Below, in pieces: positions 44,768 through 54,243 of a stretch of 64,000 nucleotides of DNA. The DNA comes from Parcubacteria group bacterium Gr01-1014_31. GTDB taxonomy: Bacteria; Patescibacteriota; Patescibacteriia; Buchananbacterales; GWA2-38-13. The stretch spans positions 92,870 through 156,869 of the forward strand of contig VMFR01000002.1 of assembly GCA_007376135.1 (NCBI GenBank). Reading direction: 5' to 3'. The translations under genes were made by a program, and so were the position numbers. The notes beneath the pieces were generated by a model, which saw only the letters and a list, made by a program, of their open reading frames with translations, made no database searches and was not told where the DNA came from. Within the stretch, counting starts at the first letter, position 1; every line of letters starts with the position of its first letter.

Positions 44768-47596
44768 ATGCCTATCCCCGGGCTCACACCCGTTCCCAAT
44801 CGCCCCTCGTCATGGCGCTACGGACCCGCCACCCGACGACGGCCGCCGCTGCGACGACGTTGGTTGCGACTCTTGCTGGCAGCGATCGCCCTCCTGACCG
44901 TCGGCGGCGCTATTTTTGTTATTGGCCTGGCCGCGTGGCTGGCCAAAGACCTGCCGGACCCCAACCGCTTGAGCCAACGGGCAGTCGCCCTGACCACAAA
45001 ACTCTTCGACCGCACCGGAAAAACCGTGCTCTATGAGATCCATGGCCCGGAACGCCGGACGCTGGTCCCGCTCGCCGACATCCCAAAATACTTGGTCCAG
45101 GCGACGCTGACCGCCGAGGATCGGGATTTCTATCATCATAAAGGCTTCAGTATCACCGGCATCATTCGTTCCGTGCTCCGCAACGTCCGCACGGGCAGCC
45201 GCGTCGGCGGTTCCACGCTCACCCAACAGTTCGTCAAGAACGCCATTCTCACGACGGAGAAAACCTACACCCGCAAGATCAAGGAGGTGCTGCTCGCCTA
45301 TCAGATGGAACGGCACTTTACCAAGGATCAGATCCTGCAGCTCTACTTCAACGAGATACCCTACGGCAAGAACGCCTACGGCGCGCAGGCGGCCGCCGAA
45401 ACCTACTTCGGCAAGGGCGTCAAAGACCTGACCGTGGCGGAAGCGGCGGTGATCGCGGCCATGACCCAGCGGCCCAGCTACTTTTCCCCGTACGGCAGCC
45501 ACCGCGATGAGCTGGTCGTACGGCAACGCTGGATCTTGGATTCCATGGTCGAAGAGGGCTACCTGACCGCAGCACAAGCGACCGCGGCCAAAGAAGAGAA
45601 ACTAACGTTCCGGCAGCTGACGGATAACATCTTAGCGCCGCACTTCTCGCTCTACATCAAGGAGCTGCTCTCGTCCCGTTACGGCGAGAGCGCCGTGGAA
45701 ACCGACGGCCTGCAGGTCATCACCACCCTGGATCTGGAAAAACAGAAGCTGGCGGAAGCCGCGATCGCCGAAGGAGCGGAGAAGAATGAAAAATTCGACG
45801 CCGGCAATGCCGCGCTGCTGGCGGTTGACCCGGCGACCGGCCAGATCGTCGCCATGGTAGGGTCGCGAGACTTCTTCGACGAGGATATCGACGGCCAGGT
45901 CAACGTCGTGACGCGGCCGCGGCAGCCGGGGTCCTCGTTCAAACCGGTCGTCTACGCGGCCGCATTCCGCAAAGGGTTCACGCCGGAAACGGTGCTCTAC
46001 GACGTGGTCACGCCGTTCATCAACTACGACGGGAACGTGTACGAACCGAAAAACTACACGCTCAAGGAGTACGGCGCGGTCGCCATGCGCCAGGCGCTGG
46101 CGGGATCGCTCAACATCCCCGCGGTGCAAACCATCTACCTCACCGGCATCGGCAACGTCCTGCAGCTGGCCGAGGAACTGGGCTACACGACGCTGAAACC
46201 GCGCTCGCGGTTCGGCCTCAGCCTGGTGCTGGGCGGCGGTGAGGTGACGCTCCTGGAGCATGTTGGGGCCTTCGCCGCGTTCGCGCGCGACGGGGAACGC
46301 CGCCCGATCACCCCGATCCTCAAGGTCACCAACCGCAATGGCGAAGTACTGGAAGAGTACCGCGACCAACCCGTCAAAGTGCTCGAAACCCAAGTGGCGC
46401 GCCAGCTTAACTCCATCCTCTCGGACAATGCCGCGCGGACGTTCATCTTCGGGGCCCAGAATTCTCTGATCCTGCCGGACCGGCCAGTCGCCGCCAAAAC
46501 TGGTACAACCAACGACTACAAAGATGCCTGGACCATCGGGTTCACCCCGCAGTTGGTCACCGGCGTGTGGGTCGGCAATAGTCGCGGCGAGGAAATGAAA
46601 CGGGGGGCGGACGGATCAGTGGTCGCCGCCCCCATCTGGCAGCGCTTTATGCGCGAAGCGTTGAGCGGCCTCCCGGTGGAAGAATTCCGTCCGCCGGAAC
46701 CGGTCACCACCGGAAAACCGGTCCTGGATGGCACCATCAAGGACGGTCTCAAGATCGTTGTCGACCGCGCCTCCGGGAAACTCGCGACCGAACGGACACC
46801 GCTGAATTTCCGCGAGGAGCGCGCATTCCTGGTACCCCATAGCATTCTCCACTACCTCAACCCGGACGACCCGCGCGGACCCGAGCCCGCTGAGGGCCAA
46901 CGCGACCCGCAGTACGGCGTGTGGGAGGCGGCAGTGCAGCGCTGGGCCAGCGAGCAGGAACTGACCATCAGCGAACCGCCGACCGAGGAGGACGACCTGC
47001 ATGTGCCGGCCAACACTCCCACGATCCGCTTGGTCAGCCCGTCAGGCGGCGAGCGTTGGACCAGCCGACAGCTGCATCTCCAGTCGTGGGCGGCCGCCCC
47101 GCGCGGCGTGCGCCGCGTGGAATATCGGCTCGGCGGCGTGCTGATGGGGACCGCCTGGCAGGAACCGTTCGCCCTGGACTTTTTCCTCGATAACGCCAAT
47201 GTGGCCAACGGCTACGCGACGCTCACGGCCACGGCCTACGACGACGTGGACAACGCGGCGAGCGCCTCGGCCAATGTGCTCCTCGACCTGCCGCTCCTGG
47301 AACGCGGCATCATCTGGTCGGCCCCGCGCGACGGCGTCATCCTGGAGACTAAGCAGTTCCCGGTCACGCTGCAGCTGAACCTCATCCGCCCGGAGCAGGT
47401 CAAACAAGTGGATGTGGCCGCCCGCGGGCCGGACGGGACCACCTACTTCATCAATTCCATCCGCCAGATCCGCTCGACCGTCGGCACACCCTGGATCCGC
47501 CCGCCGGAAACCGGCATCTTCCGCCTCACCGCAACGGTCACCAATCAGGACGGCTACCAGTACACGAGCGATGAACTGACCGTAGAAGTAAAATAA
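44768..47596 (+). CDS. class A penicillin-binding protein (PBP1A-type transglycosylase/transpeptidase) with roughly 300-aa C-terminal extension
   Basis: 942 aa. N-terminal TM, GT51 motifs (EDRDFYHHKGF, GGSTLTQQ), transpeptidase SxxK/KTG-type region (KTGTTNDYKDAW). Long C-terminal repeat-like domain. Confidence 0.85.
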   Translation: MPIPGLTPVPNRPSSWRYGPATRRRPPLRRRWLRLLLAAIALLTVGGAIFVIGLAAWLAKDLPDPNRLSQRAVALTTKLFDRTGKTVLYEIHGPERRTLVPLADIPKYLVQATLTAEDRDFYHHKGFSITGIIRSVLRNVRTGSRVGGSTLTQQFVKNAILTTEKTYTRKIKEVLLAYQMERHFTKDQILQLYFNEIPYGKNAYGAQAAAETYFGKGVKDLTVAEAAVIAAMTQRPSYFSPYGSHRDELVVRQRWILDSMVEEGYLTAAQATAAKEEKLTFRQLTDNILAPHFSLYIKELLSSRYGESAVETDGLQVITTLDLEKQKLAEAAIAEGAEKNEKFDAGNAALLAVDPATGQIVAMVGSRDFFDEDIDGQVNVVTRPRQPGSSFKPVVYAAAFRKGFTPETVLYDVVTPFINYDGNVYEPKNYTLKEYGAVAMRQALAGSLNIPAVQTIYLTGIGNVLQLAEELGYTTLKPRSRFGLSLVLGGGEVTLLEHVGAFAAFARDGERRPITPILKVTNRNGEVLEEYRDQPVKVLETQVARQLNSILSDNAARTFIFGAQNSLILPDRPVAAKTGTTNDYKDAWTIGFTPQLVTGVWVGNSRGEEMKRGADGSVVAAPIWQRFMREALSGLPVEEFRPPEPVTTGKPVLDGTIKDGLKIVVDRASGKLATERTPLNFREERAFLVPHSILHYLNPDDPRGPEPAEGQRDPQYGVWEAAVQRWASEQELTISEPPTEEDDLHVPANTPTIRLVSPSGGERWTSRQLHLQSWAAAPRGVRRVEYRLGGVLMGTAWQEPFALDFFLDNANVANGYATLTATAYDDVDNAASASANVLLDLPLLERGIIWSAPRDGVILETKQFPVTLQLNLIRPEQVKQVDVAARGPDGTTYFINSIRQIRSTVGTPWIRPPETGIFRLTATVTNQDGYQYTSDELTVEVK

Positions 47597-47647
47597 AAAA
47601 ACCCGAGGGCGAGACTTGAACGGCGCCGCCAAATGGCGGCGCTTTGC

Positions 47648-48076
47648 TTACCGAGGCGGTACAGGCGCGCCATCAACGCGGTCGTGGCGCCGCGCTGTCC
47701 ACGCACCGGCGATCAGATAAGCGGCAACGCCCGTCAACCCGAGCTGCAGGGTGGGCGACCAACCCGTGTTCAGTAGCGGCACGACGGGCATGAACGGGCC
47801 GTACGCCCAACGGGCGGTTGCCAGCGCCCGCCACTCAATGGCGAGCGCCGCGGTCACGCCGCCGAGAAACAGCAGCGGCAGGCGCAGTTCGCGCCGCGGG
47901 AAACGCCTCACCAGCCACCCCAGGACAGTAATGACGGTCGCGTCAACGGCGGCGGCATACAGCAGCACCGGCCACGTTATGGGCCCGCCGCGGAAGTGCA
48001 GATACAACGGGGCGTGCAAAACCTCCCACACGAGATTGACCGCGTAACTTGCTCCCCAGAGACGCGCCCAGAGCAT
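47648..48076 (-). CDS. hypothetical membrane protein
   Basis: 142 aa from MLWARLWGASYAVNLVWEV with four predicted TM helices. Start trimmed to avoid an 80-nt overlap with the upstream gene. Confidence 0.3.
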   Translation of the reverse strand: MLWARLWGASYAVNLVWEVLHAPLYLHFRGGPITWPVLLYAAAVDATVITVLGWLVRRFPRRELRLPLLFLGGVTAALAIEWRALATARWAYGPFMPVVPLLNTGWSPTLQLGLTGVAAYLIAGAWTARRHDRVDGAPVPPR

Positions 48077-48080
48077 AAGC

Positions 48081-49268
48081 TTACTGCGGGCGATCTTTTT
48101 CCAGCACCACCAGCCGCCGCAAAGCGCACCACCGGCCCACCACGCTCGCGCACGCGTCATCAGCCGCTGACAATGCGGGCACCAAGACCGACGGCACCAA
48201 CGCGGGATAGGAAAACCCGCCGGTCAGCGGGTAGAGCAAACACGCGAGGTACTGGCCGTGGACCAGGTGGAGCTGCGGCAGCTGCGCCAATACCGCCGCG
48301 CGGTACTTGGTGAACAGCAGCGTGGGCAGCGCTTGGTTGGCGTACTCGCCGGGCAGGACAGGGAGGGCCGCCTCTTCGGCCGGCGTGAGCGGGGGCGTGG
48401 CTCCCATCTCCACGGGTTCCGCGTGGGTCAAACGATACACAAGAAATGACCAAGGGGTGATCCATGGTTCCAGCAGCACCAAACGGCCGCCGGGGGAAAG
48501 CACCCGTTGGGCTTCGCGTAGAAAACGCAACGGCCGCCGCAGGTGGTGCAGCATATCGATGCCCACAATGTTGTCAAATGCGCCGTCGTCGAACGGCAAC
48601 GCTTCCGCATCGGCCACCACATCCACCCAAGGGTTGGGGTGCACGTCGGTGGCGACCACGTCCGGCTTGAACGCCTTGAAATTGCCGATCCCGCAACCAA
48701 CCTCCAGCGTCCGGCCGGCAATGAGTTGCCGGGAGATCCGACGGTACCAGCCGGCGTACACCGCCCGGAGCGCCGGTTTACGCCGCCAGATCGCGATGTT
48801 CTCGGCCAGATGGGCAGCCGCGTAAGTGGGATCCTCGCGGGGCGGGGCTACCGTTACAGCAAACTCTCGCGCCTGCCGTTCGTCCTGCGCCAACTGCTCC
48901 CGCAACGCCGCCGAGCTGGGGAATGAACGCGTAGCCCGCAGCCGCCGCTCCACTCGTACGCTCAGCTCTTTCCCCTGCAACGCACCGTCATATCCCAAGA
49001 GATGCACCTCGAAGACCGGCACGGTCTCGCCGAACGTCGCCGCCGGCCCCCAATGCGCGAGCATTAACCGCCAAGGCTGGCTGGACACGCGCGCCCAGCC
49101 GCAATAGACGCCCCACGGCATGTCGGCGAGAGCCTCGGGTTGCCCGAGATTTGCCGTCGGCATCCCAAGACCCTTCCCCCGGCCGCGCCCGGGAACGACG
49201 CGCCCATGAAGTTGAAGTGGCAGCTGCATATACTGCACCATTGTAGGGGCCAGTCCTGGTGGTGGCAA
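48081..49268 (-). CDS. fusion protein: riboflavin kinase domain + class I SAM-dependent methyltransferase
   Basis: N-terminal GRVVPGRGRGKGLGMPTANL...GVYCGWARV...FEVHLLGYDG matches the RibF C-terminal flavokinase domain. C-terminal LEVGCGIGNF...DAEALPFDDGAFDNIVGIDMLHHL is a methyltransf_11/25-type motif set. Exact start (MPPP, MVQY or MQLP) is uncertain. Confidence 0.6.
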   Translation of the reverse strand: MPPPGLAPTMVQYMQLPLQLHGRVVPGRGRGKGLGMPTANLGQPEALADMPWGVYCGWARVSSQPWRLMLAHWGPAATFGETVPVFEVHLLGYDGALQGKELSVRVERRLRATRSFPSSAALREQLAQDERQAREFAVTVAPPREDPTYAAAHLAENIAIWRRKPALRAVYAGWYRRISRQLIAGRTLEVGCGIGNFKAFKPDVVATDVHPNPWVDVVADAEALPFDDGAFDNIVGIDMLHHLRRPLRFLREAQRVLSPGGRLVLLEPWITPWSFLVYRLTHAEPVEMGATPPLTPAEEAALPVLPGEYANQALPTLLFTKYRAAVLAQLPQLHLVHGQYLACLLYPLTGGFSYPALVPSVLVPALSAADDACASVVGRWCALRRLVVLEKDRPQ

Positions 49269-49314
49269 GCAAAACCCCCGCTGCGGCGGGGGCGTGGGAG
49301 GAGAACGTCGCGCC

Positions 49315-50460
49315 CTACTGTTTGATCGGCATCACCAAATAGAGGTAATCGGTCCGTCCGCGGGGTTTGAGCACGCACGGGCTGGCGTTGTCGATCAGGT
49401 GCAGCTCCACCTCCTCGGTTTCGATATTCTGCAGGCCGTCGAGCAGGAACCGGTAGTTCAGGACCGTGCGGTTCTCTTGGCCGGTCACCTCGGCGGCAAT
49501 GCGGGAAGTGTTCTCCCCCAGTTGGGCGTTGGCGGCCGACAAGCTGAGCGAGCGCTGGGTAGGCATAACGGCCAGCGCCACGTCATAAATGCCACTCCGT
49601 GAAAAGAGGCTGGTGGTTTTTGTGGCCTTTGTCAGATCCACGGTCGCGGCGCGCGCCGTAGTGGCGTACTGCTTGGGAATGATCTGCTCATAGTCAGGGT
49701 ACTGGCCCTCGATCACCCGCGAGACGATCTCCACCGTCCCAAGCGTGAAGAGCACCTGGTTTTCCGCCACGAACAGCTCAACCCGATCGACGGTCGCCAA
49801 TGCGGCGGGATCTTTGAAACTCGTGAGAATGCGGAGGAGCTCCTGAAGCGCACGAGCGGGAACGATGACCTTCTGCGGCTTGGTCGGCGCGGTCAGCAGC
49901 CGCACCTTTCTCTCCGCCAGGCGATAGCTGTCGGTCGCCGTCAACGTCAATTGGTTGCCGCTGGTGGTCAGGAGCACGCCATTGATCTCCGGCCGAGTCT
50001 CGCTCATGGAAACGGCGAATATCACCTGGGCAATGGCGGCACGGAGGTCGATAACCGAGCAAGACAGGGTGTTGGTGCGCTCCACGGTGGGAATGAGGGG
50101 AAAATCGGCCGCTGCGATTCCCTTCATCTTCATCTCTGAGCTCCCACCCTTCACAACCATTGACCCCCCGTTCTCGCCACTCGCATTCTCCAGCGCGATT
50201 TCCACGCTATCTTTCGGCAAGAGACTGACGTAATCGGCGAAAAGCTTGGATTGCACCGTGAACGACCCCGGGCGCTCGATCTTCCCTCGCACCTGGCAAC
50301 TGACGCCGATCTCTAAATTGGTCGCGGATAGCTTAATGCCGTTCTCTCCCGCTTCGATCAGCACGTTATTCAACACCGGTAGGTTCGTATTCTTGGCCGC
50401 GACGTGGGCGACGGTCATTAAACCCTGGCTTAAATTTTCTTGAGTAACAACGAATTTCAT
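49315..50460 (-). CDS. dnaN: DNA polymerase III subunit beta (sliding clamp)
   Basis: 381 aa. MKFVVTQENLSQGL...LPVLNNVLIEA N-terminus and three-domain length. Directly downstream of dnaA. Confidence 0.9.
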   Translation of the reverse strand: MKFVVTQENLSQGLMTVAHVAAKNTNLPVLNNVLIEAGENGIKLSATNLEIGVSCQVRGKIERPGSFTVQSKLFADYVSLLPKDSVEIALENASGENGGSMVVKGGSSEMKMKGIAAADFPLIPTVERTNTLSCSVIDLRAAIAQVIFAVSMSETRPEINGVLLTTSGNQLTLTATDSYRLAERKVRLLTAPTKPQKVIVPARALQELLRILTSFKDPAALATVDRVELFVAENQVLFTLGTVEIVSRVIEGQYPDYEQIIPKQYATTARAATVDLTKATKTTSLFSRSGIYDVALAVMPTQRSLSLSAANAQLGENTSRIAAEVTGQENRTVLNYRFLLDGLQNIETEEVELHLIDNASPCVLKPRGRTDYLYLVMPIKQ

Positions 50461-50805
50461 ACGAGGGATAACAGGGGTTTGATAACGGTGATAATTATAT
50501 TGATACTAGGTAGTAATAGTAGTAGGCGGCAGGGATAAGTGGACAAGTGGGAGATTCGACTGTGTGAGTTCGTTTACGGCGAGTTACGATGGGATAAGTC
50601 CGGGATACACGGCGTGGGTTGGCCGTGGATGGATTGGGTATGAATGTCGCGGCGGCGGCTGACGCCGCGTCGGCAGTGCATAGGTCAGTGGACAGTTCCC
50701 AGGTTATCCAACTGAGAGGCGGGGCTTTTACCCCACCTCTTCCCCACGCTGTCCCCGCATCTTCCCCAGTTTCCGGGCCCATGCCGTTGGCACGGCAACG
50801 GCTCG
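50461..50805. other. dnaA-dnaN intergenic region with AT-rich stretch and repeated GGATAA/GATAAC DnaA-box cores (candidate oriC segment)
   Basis: gGGATAACa, tTGATAACg, gGGATAAGt and gGGATAAGt within 140 bp, plus AT-rich GATAATTATATTGATACTAGGTAGTAATAGTAG. No full 9-mer consensus box. Confidence 0.35.
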
Positions 50806-52197
50806 TTAACTGGTGATGTTGGTCATGTTGAAGAGCCGCTGGCGGATGACACCGACGTCTTGCTGGAGTTTCTCGTCCACCTGCAGTTCCCGGCTGATCT
50901 TGAGATACGCGTGCATGGCGGTGGTGTGGTCGCGATTGCCGATTTCGGAGCCGATCGCGGGGTAGGAGCACTTGGTCTCCTCCCGCATCAGATACATGAT
51001 GATCTGCCGCGGCAGCGCCAGGTTCTTTTTCCGGCAGCTGCCCATGATATCCTCGGTTTTTAGGTCAAAATATTCGATCACGGCGGAAATGATCTGCCGC
51101 GGCGTGAGGGATTTTCGGGGGCCGTCGCCGCTGAGCGTTCCCAGCATCTTTTTCACCCCTTCCAAGGTGATGGGGCTGCGGTCCAGCTGGTGGAACGCGA
51201 CGATCCGGTTCAGCGCTCCTTCCAACTCGCGGACGTTGTTGGCGACCGACGTCGCTACATAGTGCAGAATTTCCCGCTCCATGGCGAAGGCGCGTTCCCG
51301 GCACTTGGTCTCAAGGATCGCCAGCCGTGTTTCCAGGTCCGGGGTGCCGACGTCGGCGATCATCCCCCATTCAAAGCGCGATACCAGCCGGTGTTCGAGC
51401 GCCGGGATGGCCTTTGGCGGTCGGTCCGAGCTGATGACGATCTGTTTATTATTCTGGTGCAGCGCGTTGAAGGTATGGAAGAACTCTTCTTGCGTGCCTT
51501 CTTTCCCGGCGAGGAACTGGATATCGTCGACCAGGAGGACGTCGACCGAGCGGTAAACGTTCTTGAAGCGCGACGTGACGTTGGAGGAAATAGAGCGGAT
51601 GAAATCGTTGATGAATTTTTCAGAGCTGACGTACAATACTTTGGCGCCCCCCTGCCGGCGCGCCAGATGGTTGCCGACGGCCTGCAGCAGGTGCGTTTTG
51701 CCCAAACCGACGCCGCCGTAGATGAACAATGGGTTATACACGCGACCGGGTTTGTTGCAGACGGCCAAACAGGCGGCATGTGCCAGCTCATTGGCCTTGC
51801 CGATGACGAAATTTTCAAAGGTGTAGCGCTGGTTGAGCCCGAGTTCGTTCGGGGTTGCCTCGCCCCCGTCGTCGGCCGCAGTCGGTGTTGCAACCGTTAC
51901 CGCCGCCGTGATCTCAACGACCGGTGCGGCGGCGCGGGGTCCGGTTTCAACCTTGTAAATAACCTCGCGCACGCGGTTTTCCGAGACTTTTTGCAGGGCG
52001 CGCAAAATGAACGCGTGATATTTCTTTTCAAACCACGCTTTGGTGAACGTATTGGGAACGCCGACAATGACCCGCTCGCCTTCGGCGGAGGCGATGAAGG
52101 TGTTTTTGAACCAGGTCATGAAATTGGCCCGGCTCAAGGTCAACTCCAATTCCCCCAGCGTGGCCTGCCAGAGTTGCTGATGATCGATCATACTCAA
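50806..52197 (-). CDS. dnaA: chromosomal replication initiator protein DnaA
   Basis: 463 aa. AAA+ Walker A GGVGLGKTHLL, sensor motifs and C-terminal DNA-binding domain (...AIGSEIGNRDHTTAMHA). Confidence 0.9.
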   Translation of the reverse strand: MSMIDHQQLWQATLGELELTLSRANFMTWFKNTFIASAEGERVIVGVPNTFTKAWFEKKYHAFILRALQKVSENRVREVIYKVETGPRAAAPVVEITAAVTVATPTAADDGGEATPNELGLNQRYTFENFVIGKANELAHAACLAVCNKPGRVYNPLFIYGGVGLGKTHLLQAVGNHLARRQGGAKVLYVSSEKFINDFIRSISSNVTSRFKNVYRSVDVLLVDDIQFLAGKEGTQEEFFHTFNALHQNNKQIVISSDRPPKAIPALEHRLVSRFEWGMIADVGTPDLETRLAILETKCRERAFAMEREILHYVATSVANNVRELEGALNRIVAFHQLDRSPITLEGVKKMLGTLSGDGPRKSLTPRQIISAVIEYFDLKTEDIMGSCRKKNLALPRQIIMYLMREETKCSYPAIGSEIGNRDHTTAMHAYLKISRELQVDEKLQQDVGVIRQRLFNMTNITS

Positions 52198-52583
52198 ATG
52201 TGGGACGCGGCGGCTGCCACCAAGGAATGGCGGCAGGCCGGTGAGATGATGGCTGGGGTATCAGCGACGAGTGCCGGCTGACGACAGCCCGTCGCGATAA
52301 AATTTTTTTTTCAGCTCCTGTTTTTTCAACTTGGACACCCGGAACAGTGATTTCTTTTTTGAGCTCCCCCATAGTATACCACGAGGGTTGGCGTGTCAAA
52401 GCTGACATGCCAACTGTGCATTTGTGTACAAGCTGTGGAGTGCATGTGCATATTGTAAATCCGCCCGACATTTGAAGCCGCGATGATTGACGGTTTGCCA
52501 TTCCCCTGCTAGGATAGGTGTACCTTGAGCGCTCGGCGGACCTCCGCCCCGCGCGCAAACGAATTCAATCCTCCTTTTTGCTT
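52198..52583. other. dnaA-rpmH divergent intergenic region: candidate oriC/DUE
   Basis: Classical oriC location. A/T-rich run (AAAATTTTTTTTTCAGCTCCTGTTTTTTCAACTT...TTTCTTTTTTGAG) and degenerate DnaA boxes (TGTGTACAA, TGTGCATAT, 7/9 each). Confidence 0.4.
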
Positions 52584-52721
52584 ATGCCGAAACGGACGTA
52601 CCAACCGAAACGCCGCCGCCGCCAGCGCGTGCACGGATTCCGCCGCCGCATGCGGAGCAGCAATGGCCGCAACGTGCTCAAGCGCCGACGGACCCGGGGG
52701 CGCCATCGCTTGACGGTATAG
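52584..52721 (+). CDS. rpmH: 50S ribosomal protein L34
   Basis: 45 aa. [25 protein letters not shown] is near-universal L34 sequence. Start at the internal ATG of the 67-aa ORF. Confidence 0.85.
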   Translation: MPKRTYQPKRRRRQRVHGFRRRMRSSNGRNVLKRRRTRGRHRLTV

Positions 52722-52757
52722 TTCTGACGGGGCATTCGCCCCGCTGGTGCCGTCGCT

Positions 52758-53102
52758 ATGTTGTCCCAACACTACCGCCTGACGAAGCGTGGAGAGTTGA
52801 TGGCCGTGCTCCGGCACGGCGCTATGGTGCGGGGCGGCGGTTTGACGGTACGCGTCCTGCCGACCGGCCGCCAGGGCAGCCGTTTTGCTTTCGTTGTTTC
52901 CAATAAAGTCTCCAAGCACGCCGTGCAGCGCAACCGTTTGCGTCGGCAGTTGCGAGAGCTGGTGCGTGCCATGCTGCCGGAGGTGGCGGGCGGTTACGAT
53001 GTGGTGGTCACGGTGCAGCCGGGACGTCCGGTGCGTACTACCGTTGCGCTCAAGGATTCACTGGCCATTGCCCTGCGCCGCGTTCGTCTCCTTTCCCTAT
53101 GA
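52758..53102 (+). CDS. rnpA: ribonuclease P protein component
   Basis: 114 aa, basic. RNR motif region SKHAVQRNRLRRQLRE. Follows rpmH. Confidence 0.8.
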   Translation: MLSQHYRLTKRGELMAVLRHGAMVRGGGLTVRVLPTGRQGSRFAFVVSNKVSKHAVQRNRLRRQLRELVRAMLPEVAGGYDVVVTVQPGRPVRTTVALKDSLAIALRRVRLLSL

Positions 53103-53353
53103 ACCGATTTTCCCGGCGTTTGGCCTCAGCCATGGCTGCGGGTATCCGGCTCTACCAGCGGACGTTTTCCATGGACCACGGATTACTGAGCCGCATCATT
53201 CCCGGCGGACGCTGTCGGTACTGGCCGAGCTGTTCGGAGTACGGACGCCAGGCGTTCCGGCGTTACGGCCTGCGTCGCGGGCTGTTGCTCACATTGTGGC
53301 GCATCGGGCGATGTAATCCCTTCAGCGCCGGCGGCGTTGATCCACTTCCCTAG
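53099..53353 (+). CDS. yidD: membrane protein insertion efficiency factor YidD
   Basis: 84 aa. YQRTFSMDHGLLSRIIPGGRCRYWPSCSEYGRQAF...GRCNPFSAGGVDP matches YidD/haemolytic domain. Overlaps the rnpA stop by 4 nt. Confidence 0.8.
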   Translation: MNRFSRRLASAMAAGIRLYQRTFSMDHGLLSRIIPGGRCRYWPSCSEYGRQAFRRYGLRRGLLLTLWRIGRCNPFSAGGVDPLP

Positions 53354-53446
53354 TTTGTAGGAGTTAGCTTGTGGCTGGTAGGCAATCGTTGCCGGCCCGC
53401 CCTACAAGCTACCAGCTAAAAGCTACAAGCCTTACCTCCACGCATC

Positions 53447-54193
53447 ATGGGCCAACTCTTCCACACCGTGCTCTACCAGCCGATCTTCAATTTGCTGGTT
53501 ATTTTGTATAACCTCGTCCCCGGCCACGACCTGGGCGTTAGCATCCTCCTGTTGACCGTCCTGCTGAAAGTGCTGCTCTACCCGATCGCGGCGCGGTCCA
53601 TCCGCATCCAGCACCAGATGCAGCGGCTGCAGCCCCAGATCTCTGCCCTGCAGCAGAAATTCAAAGGGCAGAAGGAGCAGCTGTCGCGCGAGCTGATGGA
53701 GTTGTATAAGAAAGAAAAGGTGAACCCGTTCTCGTCGTGCCTACCATTGCTCATCCAGCTCCCGTTCCTCATCGCCGTGTACCGCGTGTTCATCGACGGT
53801 CTGAAACCCGGCCCCGTGGAAGGATTGTATTCGTTCGTTACTAACCCTGGCCCGTTGAATCCCGTGGCGTTCGGCTTTTTGGATCTGGCCGACGCCCGGA
53901 ACTGGGTGCTGGCGATCCTCGCCGGCGGCGCGCAATACTGGCAAGCCAAGATGCTGCAGACGAAAAAACCGCCGGTGCACGGGGCGGGCACCAAGGATGA
54001 AGATATGGCCGCCGCCATGAGCAAGCAGATGGTGTATATGATGCCGGTGATGACCGTGTTCATTAGCGCCAGCCTGCCGGCTGGCCTTGCGCTGTACTGG
54101 CTCGCGACGACCTTGTTGAGCGTCGCCCAGCAGCACCTGATGTTGCGTCCCAAGTCTGCCTTGCCGCCCGCGACCCCGGCTTCTCAGGTTTAG
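53447..54193 (+). CDS. yidC: membrane protein insertase YidC (short, Gram-positive-like form)
   Basis: 248 aa. PIFNLLVILY...LLLTVLLKVLLYPI...QPQISALQQKFKG...CLPLLIQLPFLIAVYRV are YidC/Oxa1 core motifs. Confidence 0.85.
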   Translation: MGQLFHTVLYQPIFNLLVILYNLVPGHDLGVSILLLTVLLKVLLYPIAARSIRIQHQMQRLQPQISALQQKFKGQKEQLSRELMELYKKEKVNPFSSCLPLLIQLPFLIAVYRVFIDGLKPGPVEGLYSFVTNPGPLNPVAFGFLDLADARNWVLAILAGGAQYWQAKMLQTKKPPVHGAGTKDEDMAAAMSKQMVYMMPVMTVFISASLPAGLALYWLATTLLSVAQQHLMLRPKSALPPATPASQV

Positions 54194-54201
54194 TATTGGC
54201 C

Positions 54202-54239
54202 ATAAAGAAAACACCCGCGGCCGCGGGTGTTTTCTTTAT
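54202..54239. terminator. bidirectional terminator: 17-bp perfect palindrome
   Basis: ATAAAGAAAACACCCGCGGCCGCGGGTGTTTTCTTTAT between convergent yidC and the lipid-kinase gene. Confidence 0.6.
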
Positions 54240-54243
54240 GGTT

